Source of the DNA: Chloroflexota bacterium
Lineage (GTDB): Bacteria; Chloroflexota; Limnocylindria; Limnocylindrales; CSP1-4
Length of the DNA: 64,000 bases
Reading direction: 5' to 3'
NCBI GenBank assembly: GCA_004297395.1
Contig: SCUO01000074.1
Span: forward strand, 13,082 to 77,081
Shown piece by piece: positions 38,771-48,357 of the stretch (position 1 is the stretch's first letter; the number at the start of each line of letters is the position of its first letter). A model generated the notes under the pieces. That model was not told the DNA's origin, did not search any database, and saw nothing but the letters and a program-made list of their open reading frames with translations. The position numbers were made by a program, and so were the translations under genes.

Positions 38771-39091
38771 GTGATCCACGCCGTCGTCCACCTGCTCAGC
38801 GAGCAGCCGGTCACCGCCGACCTGCTCGAGATGCCCAAGCCGACTGACAGCCTCCTGATCTGCACGAACATGCGGACCCTCGACGGCAAGCGGCCGGTGT
38901 TCATCGACCAGATCGGGTCGACCTTCGTCCTGCCGTACCTCCACGTCCGGTTCATCGAGATCGTGCCCGAGCGTCCCGACGCCGAGGGAGCGGACGCGAC
39001 CGGCCAGGCGCGGCCGGCCGAGCCGGAACCCGCCCCCGACGCTGATCTCGAGATCGACGAGGACTTCCTTCGTCGCATCCGCGAGGCCTGA
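38771..39091 (+). CDS. Small hypothetical protein (beta-rich core, acidic tail)
   Basis: Coding-like composition; 10 nt after the upstream stop. Confidence 0.7.
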   Translation: MIHAVVHLLSEQPVTADLLEMPKPTDSLLICTNMRTLDGKRPVFIDQIGSTFVLPYLHVRFIEIVPERPDAEGADATGQARPAEPEPAPDADLEIDEDFLRRIREA

Positions 39092-39189
39092 GATCCCCGG
39101 AATCCTCCCCGGAGGTCGAGCGTCGGCTCGAGCTTGAAGCTAGCCCCGCGTAATCGGCGGTGCAGAGGCCTGCTGTATAGTCCCGCCCG

Positions 39190-41730
39190 ATGCCGAAGCA
39201 CCTGGTGATCGTCGAGTCGCCGGCCAAGGCGCGCACGATCGAGCGCTATCTCGGCGACGATTACCGCGTCCTGGCTTCCTACGGACACGTCCGCGACCTG
39301 CCCGAGAACCCGGGCAAGGGGAAGTTCGGGGTCGACGTCGAGCACGGCTTCACGCCCGAGTACGTCATCGCCGAGGATCGGCGCAAGCAGGTCGATGCGA
39401 TCGCGAAGGCGGCCCGCGGGGCCGACATCGTGTACCTCGCCACGGACCTGGATCGGGAGGGCGAGGCGATCGCCTGGCACGTCGCCGAGGCCGCCAACGT
39501 GCCGGCCTCGAAGACCCGCCGGGTGACGTTCTCGGAGATCACCCAGGGCGCGATCCGCGAGGCGTTCGCCCATCCCCGGGCGATCGACACGAACCTCGTC
39601 GACGCCCAGCAGGCCCGCCGGATCGTCGACCGGCTGGTGGGGTACACCCTCAGCCCGTTGCTCTCGCGCAAGGTCCGCGGCGGCCTCTCGGCTGGTCGCG
39701 TCCAGTCGGTCGCGGTCCGTCTCGTCGTGGAGCGCGAGCGCGAGATCGACGCCTTCGTGCCACGCGAGTACTGGACCATCCACGCGACCCTGGAGACCGA
39801 GGCGGGGGAGACGTTCCGGGCCGACGTCGTCCGGATCGGCGGCCAGTCGATCGACGTCGACAACGGGATCCTGGCCGAGCACCACGCCGAGACCCTGCGC
39901 CGGCTCCGGCCGCGGGTGACCTCGATCGCGACGAAGACCCAGAAACGCAGCCCCGCCCCGCCATTCACGACCTCGACCCTCCAGCAGGAGGCGAGCCGCA
40001 AGCTGGGCTTCAGCCCGAAGCGGACGATGTCGGTCGCCCAGCGGCTGTACGAGGGCGCCGACACGCCCGACGGTCATGTCGGCCTGATCACCTACATGCG
40101 GACCGATTCCGTGGCCATGGCCGGGGTCGCGATGGGCGAGGCCCGCGACGTCATCCGCGACCGCTTCGGCGATCGGTACACGATGCCCAAGGGCCGGGTC
40201 TACAAGACCAAGACGAAGGGTGCCCAGGAGGCCCACGAATCGATCCGCCCGACGAGCTTTCAGCGCGACCCCGACTCGCTCGCCGGTTCGCTCAAGTCCG
40301 AGGAGCTGCGCCTCTACCGCCTCATCTGGCAGCGCGCCCTGGCCAGCCAGATGGAGGCCAAGGAGCTCGAGACGACGACGGTCGACCTCGCTGCCGATGG
40401 CTACGAGCTGCGGGCGTCGGCGACCCGGACGCTGTTCGACGGCTTTTCGCGGGTCTACACCGAGGGTCGTGACGATGCGTCGGCCGGCGGCGCGCGGGGC
40501 GGACCCTCGGACGACGCAGCGAACGGCCCCGCCGGCGGTACGGCGAATGGCGCCGATGACGAGGCCGAGGGCCGCCTCCCGCCCCTGGCCGAGGGCGACA
40601 TCACGGCCGTCCAGGCGATCGAGCCGGCTCAGCACTTCACGGAGCCGCCGCCGCGCTTCACCGAGGCCTCGCTCATCAAGGCCCTCGAGGAGCACGGCAT
40701 CGGACGGCCGTCGACGTACGCGGCCACGATCTCCACGATCGTCGACCGGGGTTACGTCCGGGTTGAGGAGCGGCGTCTGCGACCCGAGCCGGTCGCCGGC
40801 ATCGTCACCGACCTCCTGGTCGAGCACTTCGGCGACTACGTCGACCTTGGCTTCACGGCCCGGATGGAGGACGAGCTCGACGAGGTCGCCCGCGGCGAGC
40901 GACCCTGGGTGCCGCTGCTCGAGGCGTTCTACCCACCCCTCCGCGATCGGGTCGACGAGGTTCGCAAGACGACCCGCCGGCGCGATTTCACGACCGAGGC
41001 GACCGACGAGGTCTGCTCGCTCGGCCACCCGATGGTCATCCGGCTCGGTCGGAACGGACGGTTCCTGGCCTGCTCGCTGTATCCGGAGCACAAGGAATCG
41101 CGGCCGCTGCCGGGCGAAGAGGAACCGGCACTGCCCGGGACCGGCACGCCCTGCCCGAAGTGCGGCGAGGGGGTGCTCGCCTCCAGGCGTGGCCGCTTCG
41201 GGCCGTTCGTCGGCTGCTCGCGCTATCCCGAGTGCGACTACATCCAGCGGGACGGCCCGCCGCCGCCGGACCAGCTCCCGTTCGAGGTGATCTGCCCGAA
41301 GAACGGCGACGGTCACCTGGTCGCGCGTCGCGCACGGCGGACGGGAAACGTCTTCTGGGGGTGCTCGGCCTACCCGAAGTGCGACTTCACGACCAACTTC
41401 GAGCCGCTCGGGGCGTTCCACGACGCCGACGACGGCCCGGTGGCGCGGCGCGACGCGGGCGCCCTGTGCCTGCGCTGCGGGGCCACCATCGAGCTGCCGG
41501 CCGGCGGTGCGCCGGTGGTCGGGTTGCGCCTCGCCGGCGGCCCGCCGGATCCGGCGGCCCTGGCCTCGAAGCGGCCGGCCCGGGCCGGTGGGGCGCGTGG
41601 CGCCGGACGGACCGGAACGCGACGCGCGGCCGGCGCCCGGGGTGCCTCGACCCGCAGCGCGGGATCGGGCGCCGGCGGGCGCAGGGCATCGGGCCGGGGC
41701 GGGGCGAACGGCACCACCCCCGCCGCGTGA
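39190..41730 (+). CDS. topA: DNA topoisomerase I with C-terminal zinc ribbons and basic tail
   Basis: LVIVESPAKA, ATD.DREGE, SAGRVQS, ITYMRTDS, AQEAHE.IRP, GIGRPSTY, C4 ribbons. Confidence 0.97.
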   Translation: MPKHLVIVESPAKARTIERYLGDDYRVLASYGHVRDLPENPGKGKFGVDVEHGFTPEYVIAEDRRKQVDAIAKAARGADIVYLATDLDREGEAIAWHVAEAANVPASKTRRVTFSEITQGAIREAFAHPRAIDTNLVDAQQARRIVDRLVGYTLSPLLSRKVRGGLSAGRVQSVAVRLVVEREREIDAFVPREYWTIHATLETEAGETFRADVVRIGGQSIDVDNGILAEHHAETLRRLRPRVTSIATKTQKRSPAPPFTTSTLQQEASRKLGFSPKRTMSVAQRLYEGADTPDGHVGLITYMRTDSVAMAGVAMGEARDVIRDRFGDRYTMPKGRVYKTKTKGAQEAHESIRPTSFQRDPDSLAGSLKSEELRLYRLIWQRALASQMEAKELETTTVDLAADGYELRASATRTLFDGFSRVYTEGRDDASAGGARGGPSDDAANGPAGGTANGADDEAEGRLPPLAEGDITAVQAIEPAQHFTEPPPRFTEASLIKALEEHGIGRPSTYAATISTIVDRGYVRVEERRLRPEPVAGIVTDLLVEHFGDYVDLGFTARMEDELDEVARGERPWVPLLEAFYPPLRDRVDEVRKTTRRRDFTTEATDEVCSLGHPMVIRLGRNGRFLACSLYPEHKESRPLPGEEEPALPGTGTPCPKCGEGVLASRRGRFGPFVGCSRYPECDYIQRDGPPPPDQLPFEVICPKNGDGHLVARRARRTGNVFWGCSAYPKCDFTTNFEPLGAFHDADDGPVARRDAGALCLRCGATIELPAGGAPVVGLRLAGGPPDPAALASKRPARAGGARGAGRTGTRRAAGARGASTRSAGSGAGGRRASGRGGANGTTPAA

Positions 41731-42776
41731 CGGCGGCGGGGCACTCCGGGCGCGCCCTCGAGCGCTTTCTCCGCAGCCTCGCCGCCCGTGACGCCTCGCC
41801 CCACACGATTCGCGCCTACCGCACGGCCGTCGGCACGTACCTGGCCTGGCTCGACGAGCGCGATGTCGACTGGCGCACGCCAACCCGGAGCCACCTCCGG
41901 GCGTACCTCGCCCGCCTCACCGCCACGACGGCACGGACGTCCGTGGCCCAGCGGCTCGCGGCGATCAGGGCGTTCCATCGGTTCGCGGCTCGATCGGCCC
42001 TGGCCGCCGGCGATCCGTGGGGCGCGATCTCGACGCCGCGGTTGCCTCGCCGCCTGCCCCGGGTCCTCGAGGTCGACCAGGTGGAGCGCCTCCTCGCCGC
42101 GGTCGACGATGAGCTCGTCCGGGCGACCGAGACCGACGCCCGGGCCTCGCGCGGCGGCGGCATTGCCACCGCGATCGCCCTGCGAGATCGGGCGCTCATC
42201 GAGACCGCGTACGCCGCAGGTCTCCGGATCAGCGAGCTCGCGTCGGCAGAGCTCGGGATGCTCGACCTGCGGCGGGGCGAGGTCCGGGTGATCGGCAAGG
42301 GGCGCAAGGAGCGGATCGGGCTGCTCGGCCGGCCGGCGATCCGGGCCCTCGCCACGTATCTCGACGAGGCCCGGCCGATCCTGCTGGCCGTCCGATCGTC
42401 GACCGGCCCGGATCCTGCGGCCGTGTTCCTCAACCACCGCGGCGACGGCATCGGGGTCCGTGGACTGCGCTACCGGATCGATCGGCTGTGTCGGGCCGCG
42501 GGATTGCCGGAGGGCGTCTCGCCGCACACCCTGCGGCATTCGTTCGCCACCCACCTGCTCGACGGTGGGGCCGACCTGCGGGTCGTCCAGGAGCTCCTCG
42601 GGCACGAGAGCCTGGCCACGACCCAGATCTACACCCACGTCTCGCCGACCCGCCTCCGGACCGCCTATCGCTCGGCCCATCCGCGGGCCCGCCGGGCCGA
42701 CGGGGATCCGGCCGATCCGGATCCGGCCGACGGCGATACCCGGCTCCCGCCGCCCACGACCTCGGACCGGGCATGA
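41727..42776 (+). CDS. xerC: Tyrosine recombinase XerC/XerD
   Basis: SPHT..AY, RDRA..E..Y..GLR.SEL, GKG.KER, SPHTLRHSFATHLL.GGADLR.VQELLGH..L.TTQIYTH; canonical position after topA. Confidence 0.88.
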   Translation: MTAAGHSGRALERFLRSLAARDASPHTIRAYRTAVGTYLAWLDERDVDWRTPTRSHLRAYLARLTATTARTSVAQRLAAIRAFHRFAARSALAAGDPWGAISTPRLPRRLPRVLEVDQVERLLAAVDDELVRATETDARASRGGGIATAIALRDRALIETAYAAGLRISELASAELGMLDLRRGEVRVIGKGRKERIGLLGRPAIRALATYLDEARPILLAVRSSTGPDPAAVFLNHRGDGIGVRGLRYRIDRLCRAAGLPEGVSPHTLRHSFATHLLDGGADLRVVQELLGHESLATTQIYTHVSPTRLRTAYRSAHPRARRADGDPADPDPADGDTRLPPPTTSDRA

Positions 42777-44374
42777 ACGGCGAGGGTGGGCGGGGTCGCT
42801 TCGTCAGGTCCGGCCTGGTCCGGGCGGGCCTGATCCTCTCGATCGCATTCCTGGTCTCGAGGGCGCTCGGCTACGTGCGGACGGTCGTGTTCGGGGCAAC
42901 GTTCGGGACGGGTCCCGAGCTCGATGCCTTCTTCGCGGCATTCCGTGTCCCGGACCTCATCTTCCAGGTCGTGGCCGCCGGGGCGATGGGCTCGGCCCTC
43001 ATCCCCGTCATTGCCGGGCTGTTCGCGACTGGCGAACGAGCGCACGCCTGGCGGGTCGTGGCGACGGTCGCCAACCTGCTCCTGGGGGCCATGGCGGTCC
43101 TGGCAGTGATCGCGTTCATCGGTGCACCCGTGCTGGTCCGGGCGCTCGCCCCGGGCTTCGACGAGCCCGCCCTCGCCCGGACGACGGAGCTGACCAGGAT
43201 CATGCTCGCGGCGCCCGTGCTGCTGTCGCTCGGGGCGGTTGCGACGAGCGCCCTGAATGCGGAGAGCCGGTTCACCTCGGCCGCGATGGCGCCGATCGTC
43301 TACAACCTCGCGATGATCGTGGCGGCGGTCGTGCTCGGCCCGTCGCTCGGGGTCGCGGCCCTCGCCTGGGGCGTCGTGGCCGGGGCGGCGGGACACCTGC
43401 TGGTCCAGCTGCCGGCGCTCCTCGGCCTTGGCTTCCGGCCGGCGGTCCGAATCGATCTCGAGGACGCGGCGGCCCGCCGGGTCCTCGGTCTGCTCGCGCC
43501 ACGGGCGCTCGGCCTCGGAGCATCGCAGATCACGTTCATCGTCATGACCGCCCTGGCCTCGTCGCTCGGCGAGGGCTCGATCTCGAGCTACACGATCGCC
43601 TTCTCGCTGCTGCAGATCCCGGTCGGCGTCATCGGCGTCCCCCTGGGGGTCGTCATCTTCCCGTCGATGTCGCGCGATCACGCCCTCGGGGCGGTCGAGA
43701 CCTACGTCGCGATGGTCACCCGCTCGGTCCGGCTGCTCGTCTTCGCGATGGTCCCGATCGCGGCAATCGGGATCGCCCTGCGGGCGCCGGTGGTGGAACT
43801 TCTGTTCGGCTATGGCAAGTTCGACGCCGCCGCCGTCGAGCGGACCGCGGCCACGCTGGCCCTGTTCCTCATCGGCCTCCCGGCCCATGCCGCCATCGCC
43901 GTCCTGGCACGCGCGTTCTATGCCCGCCAGGACACGCGGACGCCGGTCGCGGCCGCACTCCTCGCCGTTGCCGTCAACACCCTGCTCGGGGTCGCCCTGG
44001 TCGGGCCGCTCGGCCTGCCGGGGCTGGCCCTCGCGATCGCGATCGCGGCCTGGATCGAGGCCGCTGTCCTCCTGGCGGCGCTCGGCCGGCGGGTCCCGAC
44101 GTTCGAGCTGCCGGGCATTCTCCGCGTCCTCGCGGAGTCGATCGCCGCCGGAGCGGGTTCGGCGGTCGTCGCCGCGGCCGTCGCGACTGCCCTTGGCGGG
44201 ATGCTCGCACCCGGCGCCGACAAGCTCGCGATTCTGGTTGGCGCGGCCATTGCGACCGTCGCCGGCGGCGCCACCTATGTCGGAGTCGCGGTCGCATTGC
44301 GGATCCCGGAGCTGCCTTCTATCGTCGGCCTCGTGACCGAGCAGATCCGGCGCGGGCGAGGGCGCGGATCGTGA
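42773..44374 (+). CDS. murJ: Lipid II flippase MurJ (MviN)
   Basis: SR.LG..R, DAF.AAFR.PD, multi-TM, RAFYA.QDTRTP. Confidence 0.92.
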   Translation: MNGEGGRGRFVRSGLVRAGLILSIAFLVSRALGYVRTVVFGATFGTGPELDAFFAAFRVPDLIFQVVAAGAMGSALIPVIAGLFATGERAHAWRVVATVANLLLGAMAVLAVIAFIGAPVLVRALAPGFDEPALARTTELTRIMLAAPVLLSLGAVATSALNAESRFTSAAMAPIVYNLAMIVAAVVLGPSLGVAALAWGVVAGAAGHLLVQLPALLGLGFRPAVRIDLEDAAARRVLGLLAPRALGLGASQITFIVMTALASSLGEGSISSYTIAFSLLQIPVGVIGVPLGVVIFPSMSRDHALGAVETYVAMVTRSVRLLVFAMVPIAAIGIALRAPVVELLFGYGKFDAAAVERTAATLALFLIGLPAHAAIAVLARAFYARQDTRTPVAAALLAVAVNTLLGVALVGPLGLPGLALAIAIAAWIEAAVLLAALGRRVPTFELPGILRVLAESIAAGAGSAVVAAAVATALGGMLAPGADKLAILVGAAIATVAGGATYVGVAVALRIPELPSIVGLVTEQIRRGRGRGS

Positions 44375-45567
44375 GCCCCAGCGCGGGGCCCGGGGACGGG
44401 GCCGCCCGGAACGAAGCGCCCGCCCGGGACGCGGCCACTCGCGACCTTGCCGCCCGGGAAGGCGGGGCAGGCGATGCGCCGGGTACCGACGACACCACCT
44501 GGGACGCCTTCGTCCAGGCGGCCAGGCCGGCCTCCTATCTCCAGCTGGCAGCCTGGGCCAGGGTGAAGCGCTCGAACGGCTGGACGGCGACCCGGGTCGT
44601 CGCCCGGGCCCCGTCCGGGCCGATCGGGGCCCAGATCCTCCTCCGGCGCCCCGGCCCGCTGCCGTGGGCGTTCGGGTACGCACCGCGCGGCCCCGTCACC
44701 GCGACCTGGCAGCCCGACGCGATCGAGCCGTTCACGGCACGCGTCCGGGATGCGCTCGGCGCGGTCGGTCGCGTTTCCCACCTGCGGATCGACCCCGAGA
44801 TCGAGCTCGACGGCCCTCTCGACACCGGAGGCGCACTTCGCGCGGCGCTCCAGGCGTGGGGCTGGCGCCCGGCAGCGCCCATCCAGCCGGCCTCGACCCG
44901 GCTCATCGACCTGACGGCCGACGAGCCGGCCCTGTGGAGCGACCTGCGCAAGAAATGGCGGCAGTACGTGAACCGAGCCAGGACCGGCGGGGTGACCGTC
45001 GAGGACGCCGGTGACGAGGCGCTCGGCACGTTCTACGAGATCTATCGCGAGACCGCCCGACGGGCCGGCTTCCTCATCCGGACCGAGGCGGCCTACCGCG
45101 ATATCTGGGAGGCATACCGGCCCCAGGGCCTGGCCAGGCTGCTCATCGCCCGCCACCCGGACGGCGTGCCGGCGGCCGCGCTCTTCCTCGTCCGCTGCGG
45201 CGACCGGGTCGTGGAGCCCTATGGCGGCATGACCGCCGCCGGCGCCGAGTCCCGGGCCAACTACCTGCTGAAGTGGGAGGCCATCCGCTCGTCGCGCGAG
45301 GCCGGCGCCGCGATCTACGACCTGTGGGGCCTGGCGCATCCCGGGATCGCCCACTTCAAGGCCGGCTTCGGGGGCCGGGAGGTCCGATACATCGGGGCGT
45401 GGGACCTCGTCCTCGATCGCCTCGGGCGGTCGGTCTACGGCGTTGCCCAGCGCGGCCGGGTGTGGCTCGAACGCCGCCGCCACGGGCTCGGGCGGGGCGC
45501 GGCCACGGCGCCGGGAACGGGCGGCGACGGCGGCGACGGGGCGGGCAACGTGGCCGGCGACGCCTGA
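44371..45567 (+). CDS. FemABX-family peptidoglycan bridge aminoacyltransferase
   Basis: YLQ..AWA.VK...GW, YAPRGP, LRIDP, YLLKWEAI, YDLWG, HFKAGFGG; in frame within ORF 42460-45567. Confidence 0.85.
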   Translation: MSPSAGPGDGAARNEAPARDAATRDLAAREGGAGDAPGTDDTTWDAFVQAARPASYLQLAAWARVKRSNGWTATRVVARAPSGPIGAQILLRRPGPLPWAFGYAPRGPVTATWQPDAIEPFTARVRDALGAVGRVSHLRIDPEIELDGPLDTGGALRAALQAWGWRPAAPIQPASTRLIDLTADEPALWSDLRKKWRQYVNRARTGGVTVEDAGDEALGTFYEIYRETARRAGFLIRTEAAYRDIWEAYRPQGLARLLIARHPDGVPAAALFLVRCGDRVVEPYGGMTAAGAESRANYLLKWEAIRSSREAGAAIYDLWGLAHPGIAHFKAGFGGREVRYIGAWDLVLDRLGRSVYGVAQRGRVWLERRRHGLGRGAATAPGTGGDGGDGAGNVAGDA

Positions 45568-46667
45568 TGGAGGTCCGGCCGGCGAACGCCCGCGAGCTCG
45601 AGGTCTGGGACGACCTCGTCGTGACGCCCGGCGGGGGCCACGTCTACCAGTCGATGGCCTGGGCTCGCCACCGGGCCGAGGCCGGCTGGCGGCCCCATCA
45701 CCTCGTCGCGGCCGACGGCTCGGCGGCGCTGGTCCTGGAGCGGCGCTGGCCGGTCATCGGGGGCGGCAGCGCGTACCTGCCTCGCGGCCCCATCCCCGCC
45801 GGCGACGCGCCGGCGATGGCCCACCGGCTGGCGTCGTTCGGCGGCTGGCTGGCAGCGAACGGCATCGATGTCATCGCGTCCGACGCGGAGGTCGAGGCGG
45901 CGACCGGCTATCGGGATCTCCTCCGGGGGCAGGGTTTCCACCCGATCGAGGAGATCCAGCCGTCCCGCCACAAGCTCGCCCTCCCGCTCGGCCACGGGGC
46001 CGACGAGGCTTCGCTCATGGCCGGGCTGGCCAAGGCCACCCGGCAGCGGATCAGGGCGGCGGAGCGGGCGGGTACGGTCGTCATCCGGCACGACCGGTCC
46101 CGCGGCGCGGAAGGTGGTCCGGGCGAGGGCTTCGCGGCCCCGACCGGCGATTCCGACGACGCCCTCGACCAGTTCTACGACCTCCTTCTCGAGACCGGTG
46201 AGCGACGGCAGTTCACGTTCGGGCCGCGGGCAGGGTTCGTGGCCTGGTGGCGAGCCGCCCTCGACGCGGGTTGGCTCGTCCTGCTCGAGGCGCGCACGAT
46301 GGATGGCGAGCCGCTCGCCGGCCTCGTCCTGTACCGACACGGCGGCCGGCTCAGCACGGTCCATTCGGGCGATCACGCGGCCACTCGACGCGCCCAGCCC
46401 GGGTCGCTCCACCTGCTCCGCTGGCGGGCCATCCAGCTCGCCCTCCGCGAGGGCTGCGCGGAGATGGACCTCGGCGGGGTCGATCTCCCGGGCGCACGCC
46501 GCCCGCCCGTGGAGGGCGAGCCGATGTACGGCCTGTACGAGCACAAGCGCTCGTTCGGGGCCACCTGGGTCGAGCTCAGCGGGGCCCATGAGCGCATCGT
46601 CCGGCCCCGCCGCTACGCACTCGGGCGTGCCGCGGCCCGACTCGCCCGGCTGGCCGGCCGACCGTGA
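45567..46667 (+). CDS. Second FemABX/GNAT-fold peptidoglycan bridge transferase
   Basis: HVYQS..W, YLPRGP, HLLRWRAI, DLGG, GLYEHKRSFG. Confidence 0.8.
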   Translation: MEVRPANARELEVWDDLVVTPGGGHVYQSMAWARHRAEAGWRPHHLVAADGSAALVLERRWPVIGGGSAYLPRGPIPAGDAPAMAHRLASFGGWLAANGIDVIASDAEVEAATGYRDLLRGQGFHPIEEIQPSRHKLALPLGHGADEASLMAGLAKATRQRIRAAERAGTVVIRHDRSRGAEGGPGEGFAAPTGDSDDALDQFYDLLLETGERRQFTFGPRAGFVAWWRAALDAGWLVLLEARTMDGEPLAGLVLYRHGGRLSTVHSGDHAATRRAQPGSLHLLRWRAIQLALREGCAEMDLGGVDLPGARRPPVEGEPMYGLYEHKRSFGATWVELSGAHERIVRPRRYALGRAAARLARLAGRP

Positions 46668-48286
46668 CCACGATCGCCGAGCGGATCGCCGCCGCGGAGC
46701 CGCCGGAACCACGTCCGCTCGGCGACCTCGTCGCCCGCCTCGACCGCGAGGGTTGGCTGGAGTCCGGCGCCCCCGGATCCTCGGCCGCGGGCCGCGGGAT
46801 CCGTGGCTTGACCCACGATTCGCGCCAGGTCCGGCCGGGCTGGCTGTTCGTGGCCGTGCCCGGCGAGCACGCCGACGGCCACGCTTTCGTGAGCGCGGCG
46901 GGGGCCGCCGGGGCGGTGGCGGCGATCGTGGAGCGGCCCGTCGACAGCCCGATTCCCCAGGTCCTCGTGCGAAACGCCAGGGCCGCCCTCGCCAGTGCCG
47001 CGGGCTGGTGGTACGGCGACCCGTCAGCCGAGCTCGGGGTCATCGGGATCACCGGCACGGACGGCAAGACCACGACGAGCTTCCTCGCCACCGCGGCCCT
47101 CGAGGCGGGCGGGCTCCCCACCGGCATGCTCGGCACGGCGGCCCTCGAGGTCGGCGACCTGCGTGAGCCCAACCCGGAGCACGCCACCACCCCCGAGGCG
47201 CCGCGGCTCCAGGCGATCCTGCGGGCGATGACCGCGGCCGGCGACCGCGCGGCCGTCGTCGAAACGACCTCCCATGGCCTGGCCCTGGACCGAGTCGCCG
47301 GGATCCGCTACGACATCGCGATCCTCACCAACGTCACCCACGAGCACCTCGAGCTCCACGGCACGTGGGAGGCGTACCGCGACGCCAAGCGCTCCCTCTT
47401 CGAGCGGCTCGCCGTCGGACCGGCGAACCCGGCCAAGCCCCACCCCGGCTGGCCCCGGACGGGGATCGTCAACCTCGACGACCCGTCGGCCGCAGCCTTC
47501 GCCGAGGCCACCCGGCGGGCTGGGGCGCGGCTCCTGACCTACTCGGCGGACGTGGGCCGCTCCACGGCCGACGTCCGGGCGACCGAGATCCAGGTCGGTC
47601 GATGGGGCGGCGGGCTGCACGTCCGGTACCTCGCTCCGTCCGGGCGAGGCGATCTCTGGACGCCGCTCATCGGGCGGTTCAATGTCCAGAACCTGCTCGC
47701 CGTCGTCGCCCTCGGCGAGGCGATCGGGCTGGACCCGGCGGCCGTCCGTTCCGGGCTCGAATCGGTTGCCTCGATCCCCGGCCGGATGGAGCGCGTCGAG
47801 GCCGGCCAGCCGTTCGAGGTCATCGTCGACTATGCCCACACGCCGGCCTCGCTCGAGGGCGCGCTCGACGAGCTGGGCGCGCTCGCTCAGTCACGCGGCG
47901 GCGAGGTCATCGTCGTCTTCGGCTCGGCCGGCGAACGCGATACGCAGAAGCGGCCCGAGATGGGCCGGATCGCCGGCGAGCGCTGTGCCGTCGTGGTCAT
48001 CACCGACGAGGACCCCCGCGGCGAGGACCGCGAAGCCATCCTCGCCGAGATCGCCGCCGGTGCGACTGCGGCGGGCAAGCAGGGCGGCCGCGACCTCCTG
48101 CTCGTCGCGGATCGGGGCGCCGCCATCCGGGCCGCGTTCGAGCGGGCACGTCCCGGCGATGTCGTGCTGCTCGCCGGCAAGGGCCATGAGACGACGATCC
48201 TCTACGCCGACGGCGCCATGCCCTGGGACGAGCGCGCCGAGGCATTCGCGGCGCTGGCCGAGCTCGGCTGGACGCCCGGCGCCTGA
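46664..48286 (+). CDS. murE: UDP-MurNAc-L-Ala-D-Glu:diamino acid ligase
   Basis: DSRQV.PG.LFVA..G...DGH, GITGTDGKTT, TTPEA, E.TSH, GRME, VDYAHTP, DEDPR, AGKGHE. Confidence 0.93.
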   Translation: MTTIAERIAAAEPPEPRPLGDLVARLDREGWLESGAPGSSAAGRGIRGLTHDSRQVRPGWLFVAVPGEHADGHAFVSAAGAAGAVAAIVERPVDSPIPQVLVRNARAALASAAGWWYGDPSAELGVIGITGTDGKTTTSFLATAALEAGGLPTGMLGTAALEVGDLREPNPEHATTPEAPRLQAILRAMTAAGDRAAVVETTSHGLALDRVAGIRYDIAILTNVTHEHLELHGTWEAYRDAKRSLFERLAVGPANPAKPHPGWPRTGIVNLDDPSAAAFAEATRRAGARLLTYSADVGRSTADVRATEIQVGRWGGGLHVRYLAPSGRGDLWTPLIGRFNVQNLLAVVALGEAIGLDPAAVRSGLESVASIPGRMERVEAGQPFEVIVDYAHTPASLEGALDELGALAQSRGGEVIVVFGSAGERDTQKRPEMGRIAGERCAVVVITDEDPRGEDREAILAEIAAGATAAGKQGGRDLLLVADRGAAIRAAFERARPGDVVLLAGKGHETTILYADGAMPWDERAEAFAALAELGWTPGA

Positions 48287-48357
48287 TCAGGCACGGTCGG
48301 GCCGACGAGCGGGGAGCCGGCAGCCGCGCAGGGGCCCGCTGCTAGACTCGCAGCACG

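Noticed and set aside
36844-41883. 1679-aa minus-strand ORF, and similar long antisense ORFs (53876-57217, 48202-50964, 21340-23751, 19593-21842)
   Set aside because: Shadow frames opposite clear genes (topA, aspS, rel, dipeptidase, ftsH); high GC suppresses stops; no motifs
41727-42776. Tyrosine recombinase as phage or integron integrase
   Set aside because: XerC-like motifs, canonical topA-xerC coupling, no evident IntI insertion, no att sites or cargo
42460-44370. N-terminal 637 aa of the 1035-aa ORF as a FemX fusion
   Set aside because: It overlaps xerC/murJ in another frame; the real gene starts at GTG 44371
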